From the NCBI GenBank assembly GCA_051652765.1, contig JBOFUV010000101.1, positions 1 through 64,000 of the forward strand: a DNA stretch of 64,000 bases, read 5' to 3'. The position numbers were made by a program, and so were the translations under genes. The stretch comes from Microcoleaceae cyanobacterium. Its GTDB lineage: Bacteria > Cyanobacteriota > Cyanobacteriia > Cyanobacteriales > Microcoleaceae. Every line of letters begins with the position of its first letter. The stretch's first letter is position 1. The notes beneath the pieces were generated by a model. It did not search any database and was not told the origin of the DNA. It saw only the letters and a list, made by a program, of their open reading frames with translations. Shown here one piece after another: positions 30,450 to 42,217 of this stretch.

Positions 30450-31694
30450 TTATCGCAACCACAGAATCAAGGTTTGCAACAAGCCAATCATTATCCCTAA
30501 AACTCCTCCTAAATTCACAATCGCCTGTAACTCACTTTGGACGATGCCATTAATGCCATCCTCAAGGTCTTGTGGAGAAGTAGCTGTGACTCGATCAATA
30601 ATTACTTGATCAATGTTTAAAATTGGAATGACCTGAGTCATAATTTTTTCCAGATCTTGCTCCAGGTAGCGTTCTAGGACTAATGCGAGTTCCTGACTGA
30701 CCACTCCCAAAGAATTGGTGACCGCAGCGGAAGACTGGAGCCGCTTCACAATCAAACTCGAAACTTGCTCCCAATCAACAGACTGGGTCAATCCCTGAAC
30801 AACCTCAACGCCTTTGTCTTGTAGATAAGCGCGTACCGTATCGCCCATGGTTTTTCGCAATTGCCGTACTGTTGCAACAGGCAAGTTTTGCATAGAAATA
30901 TCTTGAAGCCACTCCTCAAGGCGATCGCGAATCCCCAGAGAAGTGGTTAATTCGGCAAAGCGACGATTGGTTTCTTCCCGTTCATCCAAACAAAATGTTC
31001 GGAGCCGAGACAAGCTATTTCGCAAGCCGAATAAATTGGCAACCACCCAATAAGTTCCGCTGGTTTTTTCCCGAAATCCTTCATCAATGATGGCAATATT
31101 GCGGTCAGTCAAAAAGTCAATGAGTGCCTGTCGCAACACTTCCGGAGGAATCACAACCTGCAACAGCCAATCTGATAACTGACGAGCCTGTTTTTCATTC
31201 AGTTGAAACTCGAGTAAAACCCGATCAAACACTTGATTGATTTGAGGCTCCAAAAAATCATCTTGCCGAGCCCAAGCCCGCAGTACCCGAGGAAAAGATT
31301 CTCCCAGCAAATCATGGAGAATTCCAGCTAGGATTTTAGCTGTTTTCTGCTCCGTATCCACCTTGACCTGATCCAGGGCCAACTGGAGTAACCAATTGAT
31401 GGTTGCTTGCATTCGCTCTGTTTCTAGCAGGCGACGGGCTAGATTGTGCAATTCTTCTGGGGTTAACAGAGATCCCATGATCGTGTCAGAAACTCGCTTA
31501 GCCAGCCGTTCCTGATTGCGAGGAATCAACCCAGGGGTAAATGGAACCTGTCGCCCTGCCAATTTCAGCGGGTGGTAGGGACGAAACAACATTTTAATTG
31601 CTAGGTCATTAGTGAAATAACCAATGACTCCTCCCAGAATCGGAGGTGCAGCCAGAATCCAAATTTCAGACCAATTTACCATCTTTTTGGACAA
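30450..31694 (-). CDS. DUF445 family membrane protein
   Basis: [41 protein letters not shown]. Confidence 0.9.
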   Translation of the reverse strand: MSKKMVNWSEIWILAAPPILGGVIGYFTNDLAIKMLFRPYHPLKLAGRQVPFTPGLIPRNQERLAKRVSDTIMGSLLTPEELHNLARRLLETERMQATINWLLQLALDQVKVDTEQKTAKILAGILHDLLGESFPRVLRAWARQDDFLEPQINQVFDRVLLEFQLNEKQARQLSDWLLQVVIPPEVLRQALIDFLTDRNIAIIDEGFREKTSGTYWVVANLFGLRNSLSRLRTFCLDEREETNRRFAELTTSLGIRDRLEEWLQDISMQNLPVATVRQLRKTMGDTVRAYLQDKGVEVVQGLTQSVDWEQVSSLIVKRLQSSAAVTNSLGVVSQELALVLERYLEQDLEKIMTQVIPILNIDQVIIDRVTATSPQDLEDGINGIVQSELQAIVNLGGVLGIMIGLLQTLILWLR

Positions 31695-32382
31695 CCAATA
31701 CTCCCATCATACCCCCTGCAATTTTGTAATGGGTGGCGTGATGAAAGCCCGATTGCTGGGCCATAGTCACTTGTTCTGAGCCGAGGGGAAACTGTTCTAG
31801 ACTCGGGTAAATATAGGCATACTCCGCCTCTAGTCCTTGTTTTTGGGCCAGAGGAACCACAAGAGTTTCGAGATACCACTGCTGAAAGCGACTCAGTTGT
31901 GGGCTATCCGGACGGTGAAAGTCCAGAATGGCGGCTGTTGCTCCCGGCTTGAGGACTCGGGATAGCTCGGCCAAGCTTCGGGGAATGTCTGTCACGTTTC
32001 GCAGCCCATAGCCCATGGTAGCGCAGTCAAAGGTTTGGTCTGAGAACGGTAATGCCATAGCATCGGCTTCAATCCAGGTAATAGGAGCCGACGGTAGTGT
32101 AAAGGCCGGTTCGCGACTCTGGGCGATCGCCAATTGAGCCTCAGAAAAATCCACTCCATAAACCTGACCCTGGGGAGCGACATCCCGAGCCAGTATCCGG
32201 GTCAAATCTCCACTACCACAGCATACGTCCAACGCAGTTGCACCTGGAAATGGGGCACACCACTTGACCGTCATCCGCTTCCAAACTCGATGGAGGCCAA
32301 AGCTCAACCCATCATTCATCTGATCGTAGATCGGAGCAATTCGGTTAAAAATTCTACGGACTTGGTCTGCATCCCTGGTCAT
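31666..32382 (-). CDS. ubiE: Demethylmenaquinone/phylloquinone methyltransferase UbiE/MenG
   Basis: [46 protein letters not shown]. Confidence 0.92.
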   Translation of the reverse strand: MTRDADQVRRIFNRIAPIYDQMNDGLSFGLHRVWKRMTVKWCAPFPGATALDVCCGSGDLTRILARDVAPQGQVYGVDFSEAQLAIAQSREPAFTLPSAPITWIEADAMALPFSDQTFDCATMGYGLRNVTDIPRSLAELSRVLKPGATAAILDFHRPDSPQLSRFQQWYLETLVVPLAQKQGLEAEYAYIYPSLEQFPLGSEQVTMAQQSGFHHATHYKIAGGMMGVLVVQKDGKLV

Positions 32383-32439
32383 TCTAAGGGTTGATTCTTA
32401 AGGATCTTGGGTTTAAGGGTTCTGGTTTTATAGTGTTTT

Positions 32440-33384
32440 TTAACTCGAGGCAAGACAGTGAAGCACAAGGGCAATTTCTTGAACAGCTAAATTGACAGTA
32501 TCTAACCCTTCTGGATCAAGGGAACAAGGTTGTTGCCACTGGATTGACAGCAGGGCAATGGTTTGTTGTTGATCAACAACAGGAGCACAAACGTGGGCCT
32601 GAATATCAAAGGCTTTGTAGTATTCAACTGCAGCTAGAGCTTGATCTCCGGGAATATTAAATGCAGCTTGCAGAGATTGAGAGCTTAATGCTGCCTGAAC
32701 AAGGGGGTCAGTTGCCAACCCATTCTGCAATTGACCCGAGGAACTATAGACCCCTTGAAAAGTTCCTAAGGCATTATCCTCAACTTGTTGAAGAATACAT
32801 CCATCCGCCTCAAGAGCTATACAGACCATTCTAGCCATTGGCTCAAAGGCATCCTTGAGGCTCAATCCAGACTGAGCCACTTTCATCAAATCTTCCAGGA
32901 GTTTGGTTTGTCCCTGAGACCGATGAAGTTCTGCTGTGCGCTGATTCAGAAGCTCGTAAGTTTCAGCCGCCCGTTGAACAACCTCCTTTAGCTCTCCCGG
33001 ATCCCAGGGCTTAGTAATGTATTTGTAGACTTGACCCGAATTAATTGCCTCAACTAAGTCCTCGATATCCGTAAAGCCAGTCAAAATAATCCGGACTGTG
33101 TTTGGAAACTGGGGAACAGTCTTGCTGAGAAACTCAGTTCCCTTCATTTCTGGCATCCGTTGGTCAGAGATAATCACAGCAACCTCGCCCTCCGTCTCAA
33201 GCATCTCAAGGGCACGCACGCCACTTTCGGCTTTAAGCACACTGAAATCTCGTCTAAACGTTCGATATAACAAATCTAGGTTGTCAGGTTCATCATCAAC
33301 AACCAACATTTTAGGTTTCTTGGGTCGATTAAGACTCATAAGTTGGCGCTTAACATTCTCCATCTCTGAGGGTTCACGTTCCAT
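32440..33384 (-). CDS. Response regulator, receiver + GAF-like domain
   Basis: VVDDE, IISDQRMP, LTGFTD, KPW intact; C-terminal GAF-like pattern AHVCAPVV...IALLSIQ. Confidence 0.85.
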   Translation of the reverse strand: MEREPSEMENVKRQLMSLNRPKKPKMLVVDDEPDNLDLLYRTFRRDFSVLKAESGVRALEMLETEGEVAVIISDQRMPEMKGTEFLSKTVPQFPNTVRIILTGFTDIEDLVEAINSGQVYKYITKPWDPGELKEVVQRAAETYELLNQRTAELHRSQGQTKLLEDLMKVAQSGLSLKDAFEPMARMVCIALEADGCILQQVEDNALGTFQGVYSSSGQLQNGLATDPLVQAALSSQSLQAAFNIPGDQALAAVEYYKAFDIQAHVCAPVVDQQQTIALLSIQWQQPCSLDPEGLDTVNLAVQEIALVLHCLASS

Positions 33385-33451
33385 GGATGTTAACGTGAGA
33401 TCGGATTGATATCATTCTATAGTCTATACCCATTTACTGCTATCGATAACC

Positions 33452-34024
33452 TTAGCCCAGAAGAAAGAAACTCCCCAGTAAAGTCAGCAGACTCACCAAA
33501 GCAACCCAAAGAAATCGATTGTCCTCTTGACGCTCTGGTGTTTTCTCAGAAAGTTTGAAGGTCTCAGGCAAGGGGGAGGAAGTCGGTTGAGCCGTGGTCG
33601 AAGCATTGACTTTGTAGCCTTGAACCGGATTCCCCTCAATTTGGCTCAAGTCTGGAATTTGAATCTGCTTGTCAAGGTTATTGCTGAGAACAGGAGCTTC
33701 TAGAACCTCGAGTAGCCGTCGAGCCTGTTTACGAGTTTCAATTTGAGGGTGTTGCTTCAGTCGCCGACACAGGGCGATCGCAGCTTGCTGTTGTCCGAGA
33801 GCTTGGTAGGAAGTCACCAGCCAAAGTTGCACGTCTCCGCCCAAGGAGGAAGCGTTGTCAACCTGAGCTAGGGCAACTTCTAGATATTCAACGGCTTGAC
33901 GGTAGCGCCCTCTCTCAAAAGCCGCTTGACCGGCTCGATATGCTACCTCAAAGGGGTCTGGGGTTTCCACTGGTTGTTGTTCTATACTCACTAGCCTAAA
34001 CTCACTTTGTTGGCCTACACTCAC
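33452..34024 (-). CDS. TPR-like protein with C-terminal membrane anchor
   Basis: AYRAGQAAFERGRYRQAVEYLE, LWLVTSYQALG; C-terminal TM. Confidence 0.8.
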   Translation of the reverse strand: MSVGQQSEFRLVSIEQQPVETPDPFEVAYRAGQAAFERGRYRQAVEYLEVALAQVDNASSLGGDVQLWLVTSYQALGQQQAAIALCRRLKQHPQIETRKQARRLLEVLEAPVLSNNLDKQIQIPDLSQIEGNPVQGYKVNASTTAQPTSSPLPETFKLSEKTPERQEDNRFLWVALVSLLTLLGSFFLLG

Positions 34025-34185
34025 CCATTTAAACTCACTAGACGTTAGACAAGTTCTGCGGGCTGGAGCTGGATAGCCCTAGGAAAACCAGCAAGCTAAA
34101 CGGTTGGGCCTTGACCGCTCGACCCCCACCGAGCCGACTCGCTTCCCCAACTCCTCACCCAACCCACCTTAGGTTTGACAAACTA

Positions 34186-34548
34186 CTAGAACTCATCGTA
34201 GCTATCCTGGGGCATGTCTTCCTGGTTATCTCGCTTAGATCCTAACAAATCAAGCTGATCTACTCGGATCACTGGTTTGGAGCGCTGGAGTCCTGTATTG
34301 CGGTCTTGCCAGGAGTCAAACCTGAGAGAACCTTTAATTCCAATCAAGCTGCCTTTACGAACATAGTTAGAAGCAACCTCCGCCGTCTTTCCCCAAAGCT
34401 CTAGGTCAAACCAGTCAGGTTCATCCGTGCGACGAGTTCGGCGATTAACAGCTAAGGTAAAGTTACAAACAACAGTACCTGACTCGAAATGCTTGACCTC
34501 TGGGTCTCTCCCTGCCCGACCCACCAAGGTGACAATATTCAGACTCAT
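34186..34548 (-). CDS. ssb: Single-stranded DNA-binding protein
   Basis: NIVTLVGRAGRDPE, FTLAVNRR, WGKTAE, KGSL; acidic tail DEF. Confidence 0.95.
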   Translation of the reverse strand: MSLNIVTLVGRAGRDPEVKHFESGTVVCNFTLAVNRRTRRTDEPDWFDLELWGKTAEVASNYVRKGSLIGIKGSLRFDSWQDRNTGLQRSKPVIRVDQLDLLGSKRDNQEDMPQDSYDEF

Positions 34549-35020
34549 AGACTTAACTGATCCAGTTTCGATTTACAGCACACCTAATTTTAGTGGATCT
34601 TTCCATTCTGATCTCAGCTTCCCCAGAACTGGGACACAAAAGGGGCTGTTTGGACATTTGCTTGAACACCTTATGTAGAAAGTCTCCTGTTCCTCCTTTC
34701 TCACCTATCGCGGATCTCTCCGATTAGACTAGACTCCAGACAATGAAACGTCATACAATCTACACGATGAAGCTGCTAAATGGCCCCGTTGAAGTCTTGA
34801 TGTAGTTTTGCATGTGCTTTTGTGATGTAATTTTGTTGGGCAGGAACAGGTTTTTCAGAAAGATGTAGTCTTTTAATCAGGGAAAGGGCTCGTCGTGAGG
34901 AGGTTTTTATTCGGCATCTAAAAATTGTCCTGAACCTTCACTAAATTCTTCGGAAGGATTTTAAGTGAGTAATAGTTTATCTATTTTTGGCTATCGCACC
35001 ATTTCTTATTGGGAGTTTAG

Positions 35021-36070
<1,050 letters not shown>

Positions 36071-36157
36071 ATAACCTCTGAATAACCTCGAAATCAATCT
36101 CCGAATCCTTGCTTTACCTCCAGATCTCCCCTCCCTCGTTATCACGAAGATGCGGTT

Positions 36158-36979
36158 ATGAATACGTCAAATTGGTGGAACCGTTATGGCTCACAGGTTA
36201 TCTTGCTGGGGCTAGCAATTTTGACTGCATGGCTCGTGCGCCAAACCCAAGGCATGGCCCTATTTGAGCTGTATTATTGGGTGACCCGACCTTTTCAGGA
36301 ACAGACCGAAGAACTCGCTGAACAGCAGTATCAGCAGGCGAAACAGGCAACCCCTCGGCTGAACGAATTAGAAGCTAGAGTTGGAGAGTTAGAGCGTCAA
36401 AATCAAGAGTTGCAGAAGCTCTTGGGATATACTGCCTCTCAGTCAAGAGATAAAGGTGTTGTCGCTCCGATTATTGGTCGCAGTCCCGATCATTGGTGGC
36501 AACAGGTTGTGTTGGGTCGGGGCAGTCAGCAGGGGATTCAGGAGAATGATTTGGTTATGGCACCGGGTGGTTTGGTGGGCCGGATCGTTAGCACAACTCC
36601 CAATACCAGTCAGGTATTGTTGGTGAGTGACCCAACGAGCAATATTGGCGTTGCCGTCAGTCGAACTCGTCAGATGGGATATCTCAGAGGAGCAGGAACC
36701 GGACAGGGAACCATAGAATTCTTTGACAATAGCTCCAAGGCTCAACCGGGAGACTTGGTCGTTACCTCAGCCTTTAGTCAATTGTTTCCGGCTGGATGGC
36801 CTGTGGGCAAAATTGTCTCAGTTAAAGATCAGGGCCCTGCTCCAGAAGCTGTTGTAGAATTCTTTGTTCCGCTCGAAACTCTGGAATGGGTTGTTGTTTA
36901 TTCAAACCCGAAGCAACCTGCCTCAAGCTCTCCACCTTCAACCCCCCAACCCTCGCGTTCAACCCAGACCACTCCTTAA
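36158..36979 (+). CDS. mreC: Rod shape-determining protein MreC
   Basis: TM + coiled coil, GRGSQQGI, GGLVGRI, FPAGWPVG; follows mreB. Confidence 0.93.
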   Translation: MNTSNWWNRYGSQVILLGLAILTAWLVRQTQGMALFELYYWVTRPFQEQTEELAEQQYQQAKQATPRLNELEARVGELERQNQELQKLLGYTASQSRDKGVVAPIIGRSPDHWWQQVVLGRGSQQGIQENDLVMAPGGLVGRIVSTTPNTSQVLLVSDPTSNIGVAVSRTRQMGYLRGAGTGQGTIEFFDNSSKAQPGDLVVTSAFSQLFPAGWPVGKIVSVKDQGPAPEAVVEFFVPLETLEWVVVYSNPKQPASSSPPSTPQPSRSTQTTP

Positions 36980-37019
36980 CAATTGCTTTAATAATCGTCT
37001 TAATCTTAGGTCAAGCTTC

Positions 37020-37577
37020 ATGTCAATTTGGATGCGTCAACTCCTGAATAGGACTATCACAGTCGCTTCCTTGGTTGGGTGCGCCTTGCTCTCACTCAGC
37101 TCTATTCCGGGTATAAATCTATTTGGAGTCAGTCCAAACTGGCTCTTAATTTGGTTGGTGGCTTGGAGCGTTAGGCATACTTTGTTGGAAAGTGCGATCG
37201 CCGGACTCATGATTGGCGCGATTCTAGACGGGTTGACGGCTCCGATGCCCACTCATCTGATCACCTATGGTTTAGCAGGCATGATGACTGTCCTCATCTA
37301 TCAACGGATTGTGAGAAAGATGCAGGAAAACTTCATCTCAATAGCATTGGTTGTATTTGGAATGGTGATTTTGGTTGAAGCGCTTCAAGCCCTGCAAGTC
37401 ATGGTCTTTCAGGGAGGATACCAGGCTATTCCCCTCAATGAATTTTGGCTATACCAGCAACGCATTACGTTAAGCTCAGCCATCATCAGTAGCCTCTGGG
37501 CCCCAGTACTTTGTTTTCCATTGCACCGCTGGTGGGAATTTGTTGAGGTCTCTCGCAGAATAAACTATTCAGCATGA
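37020..37577 (+). CDS. mreD: Rod shape-determining protein MreD
   Basis: Hydrophobic; PNWLLIWLVAWS, SSLWAP; follows mreC; start at ATG 37020. Confidence 0.9.
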   Translation: MSIWMRQLLNRTITVASLVGCALLSLSSIPGINLFGVSPNWLLIWLVAWSVRHTLLESAIAGLMIGAILDGLTAPMPTHLITYGLAGMMTVLIYQRIVRKMQENFISIALVVFGMVILVEALQALQVMVFQGGYQAIPLNEFWLYQQRITLSSAIISSLWAPVLCFPLHRWWEFVEVSRRINYSA

Positions 37578-37584
37578 GGTGGAC

Positions 37585-38697
37585 TTAGAGCAAGATGATC
37601 CAAGGATCATCAACCTTGGCGACCAATCCCCCTGGAAATGGATCAGTTTGAGAACGATTTGGCGCTGTGATTAGGGTCGTCAGCTTTTCAATCTGATCAA
37701 AGCTAGGGGCGTGGGGGAGTAGCCCTTGCAATACCCGGCGGATCACCCGCCGTTGCAAGGCTATCGGGGCTTGGCGCAGAGTCTTACGGTTCAGTCTAGG
37801 GAGGCTTAACCCATTGTGTTCTAATGTCGCACCTGCCTCAATCTCCGATTGCGGTAAGGCTTGCTGGTAAAGTTGATCGGCGGCCTGTTCTAAAAATTCT
37901 ACTTCTGCTTGTAGGAGTTCAGCCGTTTGAGCGAGGGCTGGCTCTACCTGGGGATTGAAATGCGCTTGCAGATACGGCAAAAGTTCCTGACGAATGCGAT
38001 TGCGGGCATAGTGCAAGTCTTGATTGGTGCTATCTTCCCACACTCTTAACCCTTGTTCCTGGCAAAAGTGCCCGGTCTGAGTTCGAGTGATGTCCAACAA
38101 GGGTCGTACTAGCCAAAGCGGAGTACTAGCGCATCCTGAATTCCTGACCTCGGCGTTAGCATCATTCAGGTCATGATGCAGATTACGGTGTTGTAAATTA
38201 GAGGTCAAAGGTCGGTTCCACGTCAAGGCTTGCAACCCATCTGAACCACTGCCCCGGATGAGATTGTACAGCAGGGTTTCGGCGCGATCGCTGGCGGTAT
38301 GTCCCGTGACCACATAAACATAGCCGTGTTGACAGGCGATTTCTGTTAAGGCTTGATAGCGCCATTGCCGAGCGACGGCTTCACTGGTTTTTCCCTGAGA
38401 TGCTGTCGCTCGATAGCAGGACAACTGCCAAACTTGAGCAAGGGACTCAATGTAGGCTGCATTCGCCAGGGAATCGGCTCGCCAACCATGATTGCAATGG
38501 GCGATCGCTAATTTCCAGCCCCATTTGGGTTGTAAATCCAGTAACAACTTGATTAGGCAAAGGGAGTCTTGCCCTCCAGAAACAGCCACTAAAACGGGTT
38601 GATCCCTGGGGAGCAAGGAGCGCGATCGCAAGGTGCGGTGCAACTGAGTGTGAAGCCATGTCCAAGTTAATGGCCCTCTGCCCATGGTGTTCTTCAA
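37585..38697 (-). CDS. tilS: tRNA(Ile)-lysidine synthetase
   Basis: AVSGGQDS PP-loop, GHTASDRAET, RPLL, DSTN...RNRIR. Confidence 0.95.
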   Translation of the reverse strand: MKNTMGRGPLTWTWLHTQLHRTLRSRSLLPRDQPVLVAVSGGQDSLCLIKLLLDLQPKWGWKLAIAHCNHGWRADSLANAAYIESLAQVWQLSCYRATASQGKTSEAVARQWRYQALTEIACQHGYVYVVTGHTASDRAETLLYNLIRGSGSDGLQALTWNRPLTSNLQHRNLHHDLNDANAEVRNSGCASTPLWLVRPLLDITRTQTGHFCQEQGLRVWEDSTNQDLHYARNRIRQELLPYLQAHFNPQVEPALAQTAELLQAEVEFLEQAADQLYQQALPQSEIEAGATLEHNGLSLPRLNRKTLRQAPIALQRRVIRRVLQGLLPHAPSFDQIEKLTTLITAPNRSQTDPFPGGLVAKVDDPWIILL

Positions 38698-38943
38698 CTG
38701 GTTAAGACCATGATCTTAAAAACATGATATTGCAGCAATGAACGATAGTAGACTCGGTTTGTAGATCTGTTTGTAGATCTGTTTGTAGATATACTGGGAT
38801 TCGTCTGGTTGTCCCACAAAGAGATTCCTCTGTATCCCCTTTTTTAGGAGGACTTGAGCGGTTGGGATTGTCCCCTGTTGTTGGGCAAAGTGCTGTACGT
38901 TGTCTAAACTTGAAATCTTTACGTTGAGCTGAAAATTAAACCG

Positions 38944-39192
38944 ATGAAGGAACAATTGCTGAGAGGACTGAATTGGGTTTTAGTAGCGGATGTTTTCCTG
39001 GTGCTGTTGAGTTTTTTCTGGTTGGCGATCGCCGTCATTGGCCATTCCTTCCAACTCTCTCTGGGACTAGACTTGTGGTATAGACTCTGGGAACCTTTGT
39101 TTATGCCTGCAATTGGAATTCTGATGGCGGGGGCAATTTTGAGTGGGATTATCAGTCAAATTTCCAAACGATTTTTTTCTTCCCAGGAATGA
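38944..39192 (+). CDS. Small two-TM hypothetical protein
   Basis: LNWVLVADVFLVL...LWEPLFMPAIGILMAGA; 82 aa. Confidence 0.75.
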   Translation: MKEQLLRGLNWVLVADVFLVLLSFFWLAIAVIGHSFQLSLGLDLWYRLWEPLFMPAIGILMAGAILSGIISQISKRFFSSQE

Positions 39193-39383
39193 TGTTCTAT
39201 ATCAACACCTTAACTGCGTAAGTCCTGATTGAGCAGCTTTAGGATGCAACTTTTAGGCTGAGTGCAGCAATTTTCTAATCATTGTGGAACATTTCAACAC
39301 TTAAGGCTTCTTTTCGATAGAGCGTTCAGGAGATTGCTCCGTCCCGAATCTACCCAAAAACCGCTGTAACTTTTATTCCTAAA

Positions 39384-41105
39384 TTGATGATGTTTTGTCG
39401 CTCCTTTACTCTGACTCGTCTGTCTCTAACTCAGTTACTCCTGGGTCTTTCGCTTAGTGTGCTTCCAGGGTTGGTCGCAACTCTCCCCAGTGAAGCTGCC
39501 GAACGAATTTATGTTGTCTTCGGCCCTGCAAACCTATCCATTGGAATCGATAGCTTGGAAACCTTTGCTAGAGAGGGCATCATTAGTTCAGAACTTGAAG
39601 ATTATATGAGGGTTGCTGGAGTAAATGCAGCCGAAGAGCGAGAAGCCTTTCGAGCAGATCTGACCCGGCGTTCTGACTTTGATTTGACTGCGATGAATCG
39701 CTTTTTCAATACCTCGATTGGAGAGAGTATTCTCGAGCAAATTGGGATTGTCATCTCAACGCGGGATGGCAGAAACGGCAAAAATGCTTTAAGGGAAGCT
39801 CTGCTCACCGTATCCCAAGATCAGACTGAAGGACTAACATTGCTCAATTTCTTGCGGTCTTTGCCCGATAGCATTCAGATTAATCTTGACCGGGCCCGTG
39901 AGAGGGCAGAATACGCTAGAGTTTTCATTGATGGAAATCGGGTGGTGGTTGAGAAGATGGCAACACTTTCAGCCCAAGCCGCTCAAACAGCTACTTCAGT
40001 TGACTTTTCTGCTCTCCCTGATATCCGCAAGCCCGGAACCTATGGCGTTTCCCCTGTCCAAGTTTTACAGTTGACGGATGCAAAGCGCGATCGCACCTTT
40101 GATCTCTATCTCTACAAGCCTCAACGCTGGCGAGCGGGCAAAACCCCGGTTGTCATTTTCTCCCATGGATTGTCTTCCAACCCTCAGGATTTCAACATAC
40201 AGGCTGAACAGCTTGCTTCCTACGGTTATGTTGTGGCTGCCCCTCAGCACATCGGGAGCGACTCTAGACAGCTTCAGGCCATGTTAGCAGGCAAATCCGA
40301 GGAACTCTATGACTTGAACGAGTTCATTGATCGTCCCCTAGATATTAGCTATGTGATTGACGAGTTGGAACGGCGTAATCCAGAGGACTTTGAAGGAAGA
40401 CTAGACTTACAAAAGGTCGGAGTGCTCGGTCACTCCTTTGGGGGCTACGCAGTATTTGCCTTGGCTGGGGCAACCCTTGATTTTGGGAACCTGGCGAGGG
40501 TCTGTGGGAGGGAAGTCCGAGGCTTGAATCTTTCCCTGATTTTGCAATGTCAGGCGTTGGACTTACCGCAACGGGCCTACAATTTTCGCGATCCACGAGT
40601 GAAGGCCGTCATTGCCACGAATCCGGTCAACAGCGCAGTGTTTGGCCCCCAAGGGCTGAGTCAAGTTAAGATTCCCGTGATGATCGGGGCAGGTAGCAAA
40701 GACCCAGCAACTCCAGCGGTAGTAGAGCAACTTCCAGCCTTTGTTTGGATCAACTCACCGGATAAATATATGGGTTTGGCCGTAGGGCAAGCCCATGTGA
40801 ACTTTACAAACCTAGATGCTGGAAGTCTGGCCTTGATTGAATCTTTTCCCCAGCTCGTCTTGCCTCAACAAAGCTTAATTGACCAGTATGCTTCTGCATT
40901 GGCCGTTGCCTTTTATGAAGTTCACCTGACTCAGAACGAGGATTTCCGACCCTATCTCCAGTCTGCCTATGGCAACTACATTAGCCGCGAACCAAATGCC
41001 TTACATTTTGTGGACGGCTCAGCCGATGTATCCCTGAGCGAACTGTTTAATCAACTCAAGCCGGACTTTGTGCAGCCCATTTCTCCCCGAAATCCCCGAC
41101 CTTAA
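39384..41105 (+). CDS. Secreted alpha/beta hydrolase with DUF1400-like N-terminus
   Basis: Signal peptide ..AAERI; SHGL, DRPLDIS, nucleophile GHSFGG, D and H candidates. Confidence 0.88.
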   Translation: MMMFCRSFTLTRLSLTQLLLGLSLSVLPGLVATLPSEAAERIYVVFGPANLSIGIDSLETFAREGIISSELEDYMRVAGVNAAEEREAFRADLTRRSDFDLTAMNRFFNTSIGESILEQIGIVISTRDGRNGKNALREALLTVSQDQTEGLTLLNFLRSLPDSIQINLDRARERAEYARVFIDGNRVVVEKMATLSAQAAQTATSVDFSALPDIRKPGTYGVSPVQVLQLTDAKRDRTFDLYLYKPQRWRAGKTPVVIFSHGLSSNPQDFNIQAEQLASYGYVVAAPQHIGSDSRQLQAMLAGKSEELYDLNEFIDRPLDISYVIDELERRNPEDFEGRLDLQKVGVLGHSFGGYAVFALAGATLDFGNLARVCGREVRGLNLSLILQCQALDLPQRAYNFRDPRVKAVIATNPVNSAVFGPQGLSQVKIPVMIGAGSKDPATPAVVEQLPAFVWINSPDKYMGLAVGQAHVNFTNLDAGSLALIESFPQLVLPQQSLIDQYASALAVAFYEVHLTQNEDFRPYLQSAYGNYISREPNALHFVDGSADVSLSELFNQLKPDFVQPISPRNPRP

Positions 41106-41140
41106 AATTCAGACCTGCTGCCGTGGCCAGTTCATTCTCT

Positions 41141-41173
41141 CAGCCCACTCAGTATAACGATCAAAGTGGGCTG
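41141..41173. terminator. Inverted repeat between convergent genes (possible terminator)
   Basis: CAGCCCACT-N15-AGTGGGCTG; no strong U tract. Confidence 0.4.
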
Positions 41174-41223
41174 TAAAAGGTTGAGTCTGTTCAAAGCGTT
41201 ATCTGCCAGAGTCTGGAGGTCAG

Positions 41224-41697
41224 TTACGCTGCATCACCTTTGAGGGGTACGACTTGGATTTCAACTTCTGCGGTCACTTCAGGATGGAGCTTGATTTGGG
41301 CTTTGAAGAAGCCCAATCGACCAATATCTGGCAGGGTAACGCCGCGCCGATCGATCTCTTGACCTGTAGCTTTCTGAATGGCCTCTACCAGTTCCCGATC
41401 GGTAACAGTTCCAAAAATGGCTTCGTTTTCCCCTTCTTGCTTAGCAATGGTAAAACGACCCACAGTCTCTAAAGCCGCCTTGCAAGTTTCTGCCTGCTGC
41501 TTCAGTTCAAGTAAACGTTGTCTCTCCTCTTCCCGACGACGCTCGACTTGCTTGAGAATGCCAGGAGTTGGGCGTACTGCAAAACTCTTTGGGAGTAAGT
41601 AGTTACGAGCATAGCCAGGAGCAACCTCAACTAGATCTCCCGACCGACCGAGCTTGCTAACATCTTGCATCAGAACAACTTGAACACGTTTTGGCAT
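41224..41697 (-). CDS. rplI: 50S ribosomal protein L9
   Basis: [33 protein letters not shown]; start MPKR at 41697. Confidence 0.96.
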   Translation of the reverse strand: MPKRVQVVLMQDVSKLGRSGDLVEVAPGYARNYLLPKSFAVRPTPGILKQVERRREEERQRLLELKQQAETCKAALETVGRFTIAKQEGENEAIFGTVTDRELVEAIQKATGQEIDRRGVTLPDIGRLGFFKAQIKLHPEVTAEVEIQVVPLKGDAA

Positions 41698-42217
41698 GAT
41701 AGTTTCCAATATTCTTTAAAATCAAACATTCAATTGTAGCAAACTTTTGATCACAGACACAATGCCTTCCTTGGCTCAAGGGGGATAACTCGGCTACAAT
41801 GCCTGCTCTATCAAGGATAGAGCTTTCAAGCTTTGTCAAAAATAGAGTCATTTATGGGGTTCGAGTTCTATCAAAGTAAGGGGATGTTAACCCAAGAGCT
41901 ATCTATAGCAATCCGGGTTCACACTTCAAGTCGATTGTCATAGATCTATTCATCTAAAAATCGCCGTCAAAAATCACTCCGAAAATATACGGATCTCTTG
42001 GTTTAAGACAAAGAATTTTTCTAGTTATTTCTAACGAAACAGGAAAAAGTTTGTAGACCTTTTTTGGAGAATTCAACAGCTTTTTATCTTTTAGTTAAAG
42101 CCCACATAAAGTCCTGTAAAGACATCATAAGTCCGTGAAGCTACGGTAGTTTTCCTAGGAAGTAATTAGATAATATTTAGTTAACAGGTTAAGAGATGGA
42201 AACATCAAGGAAAAACT

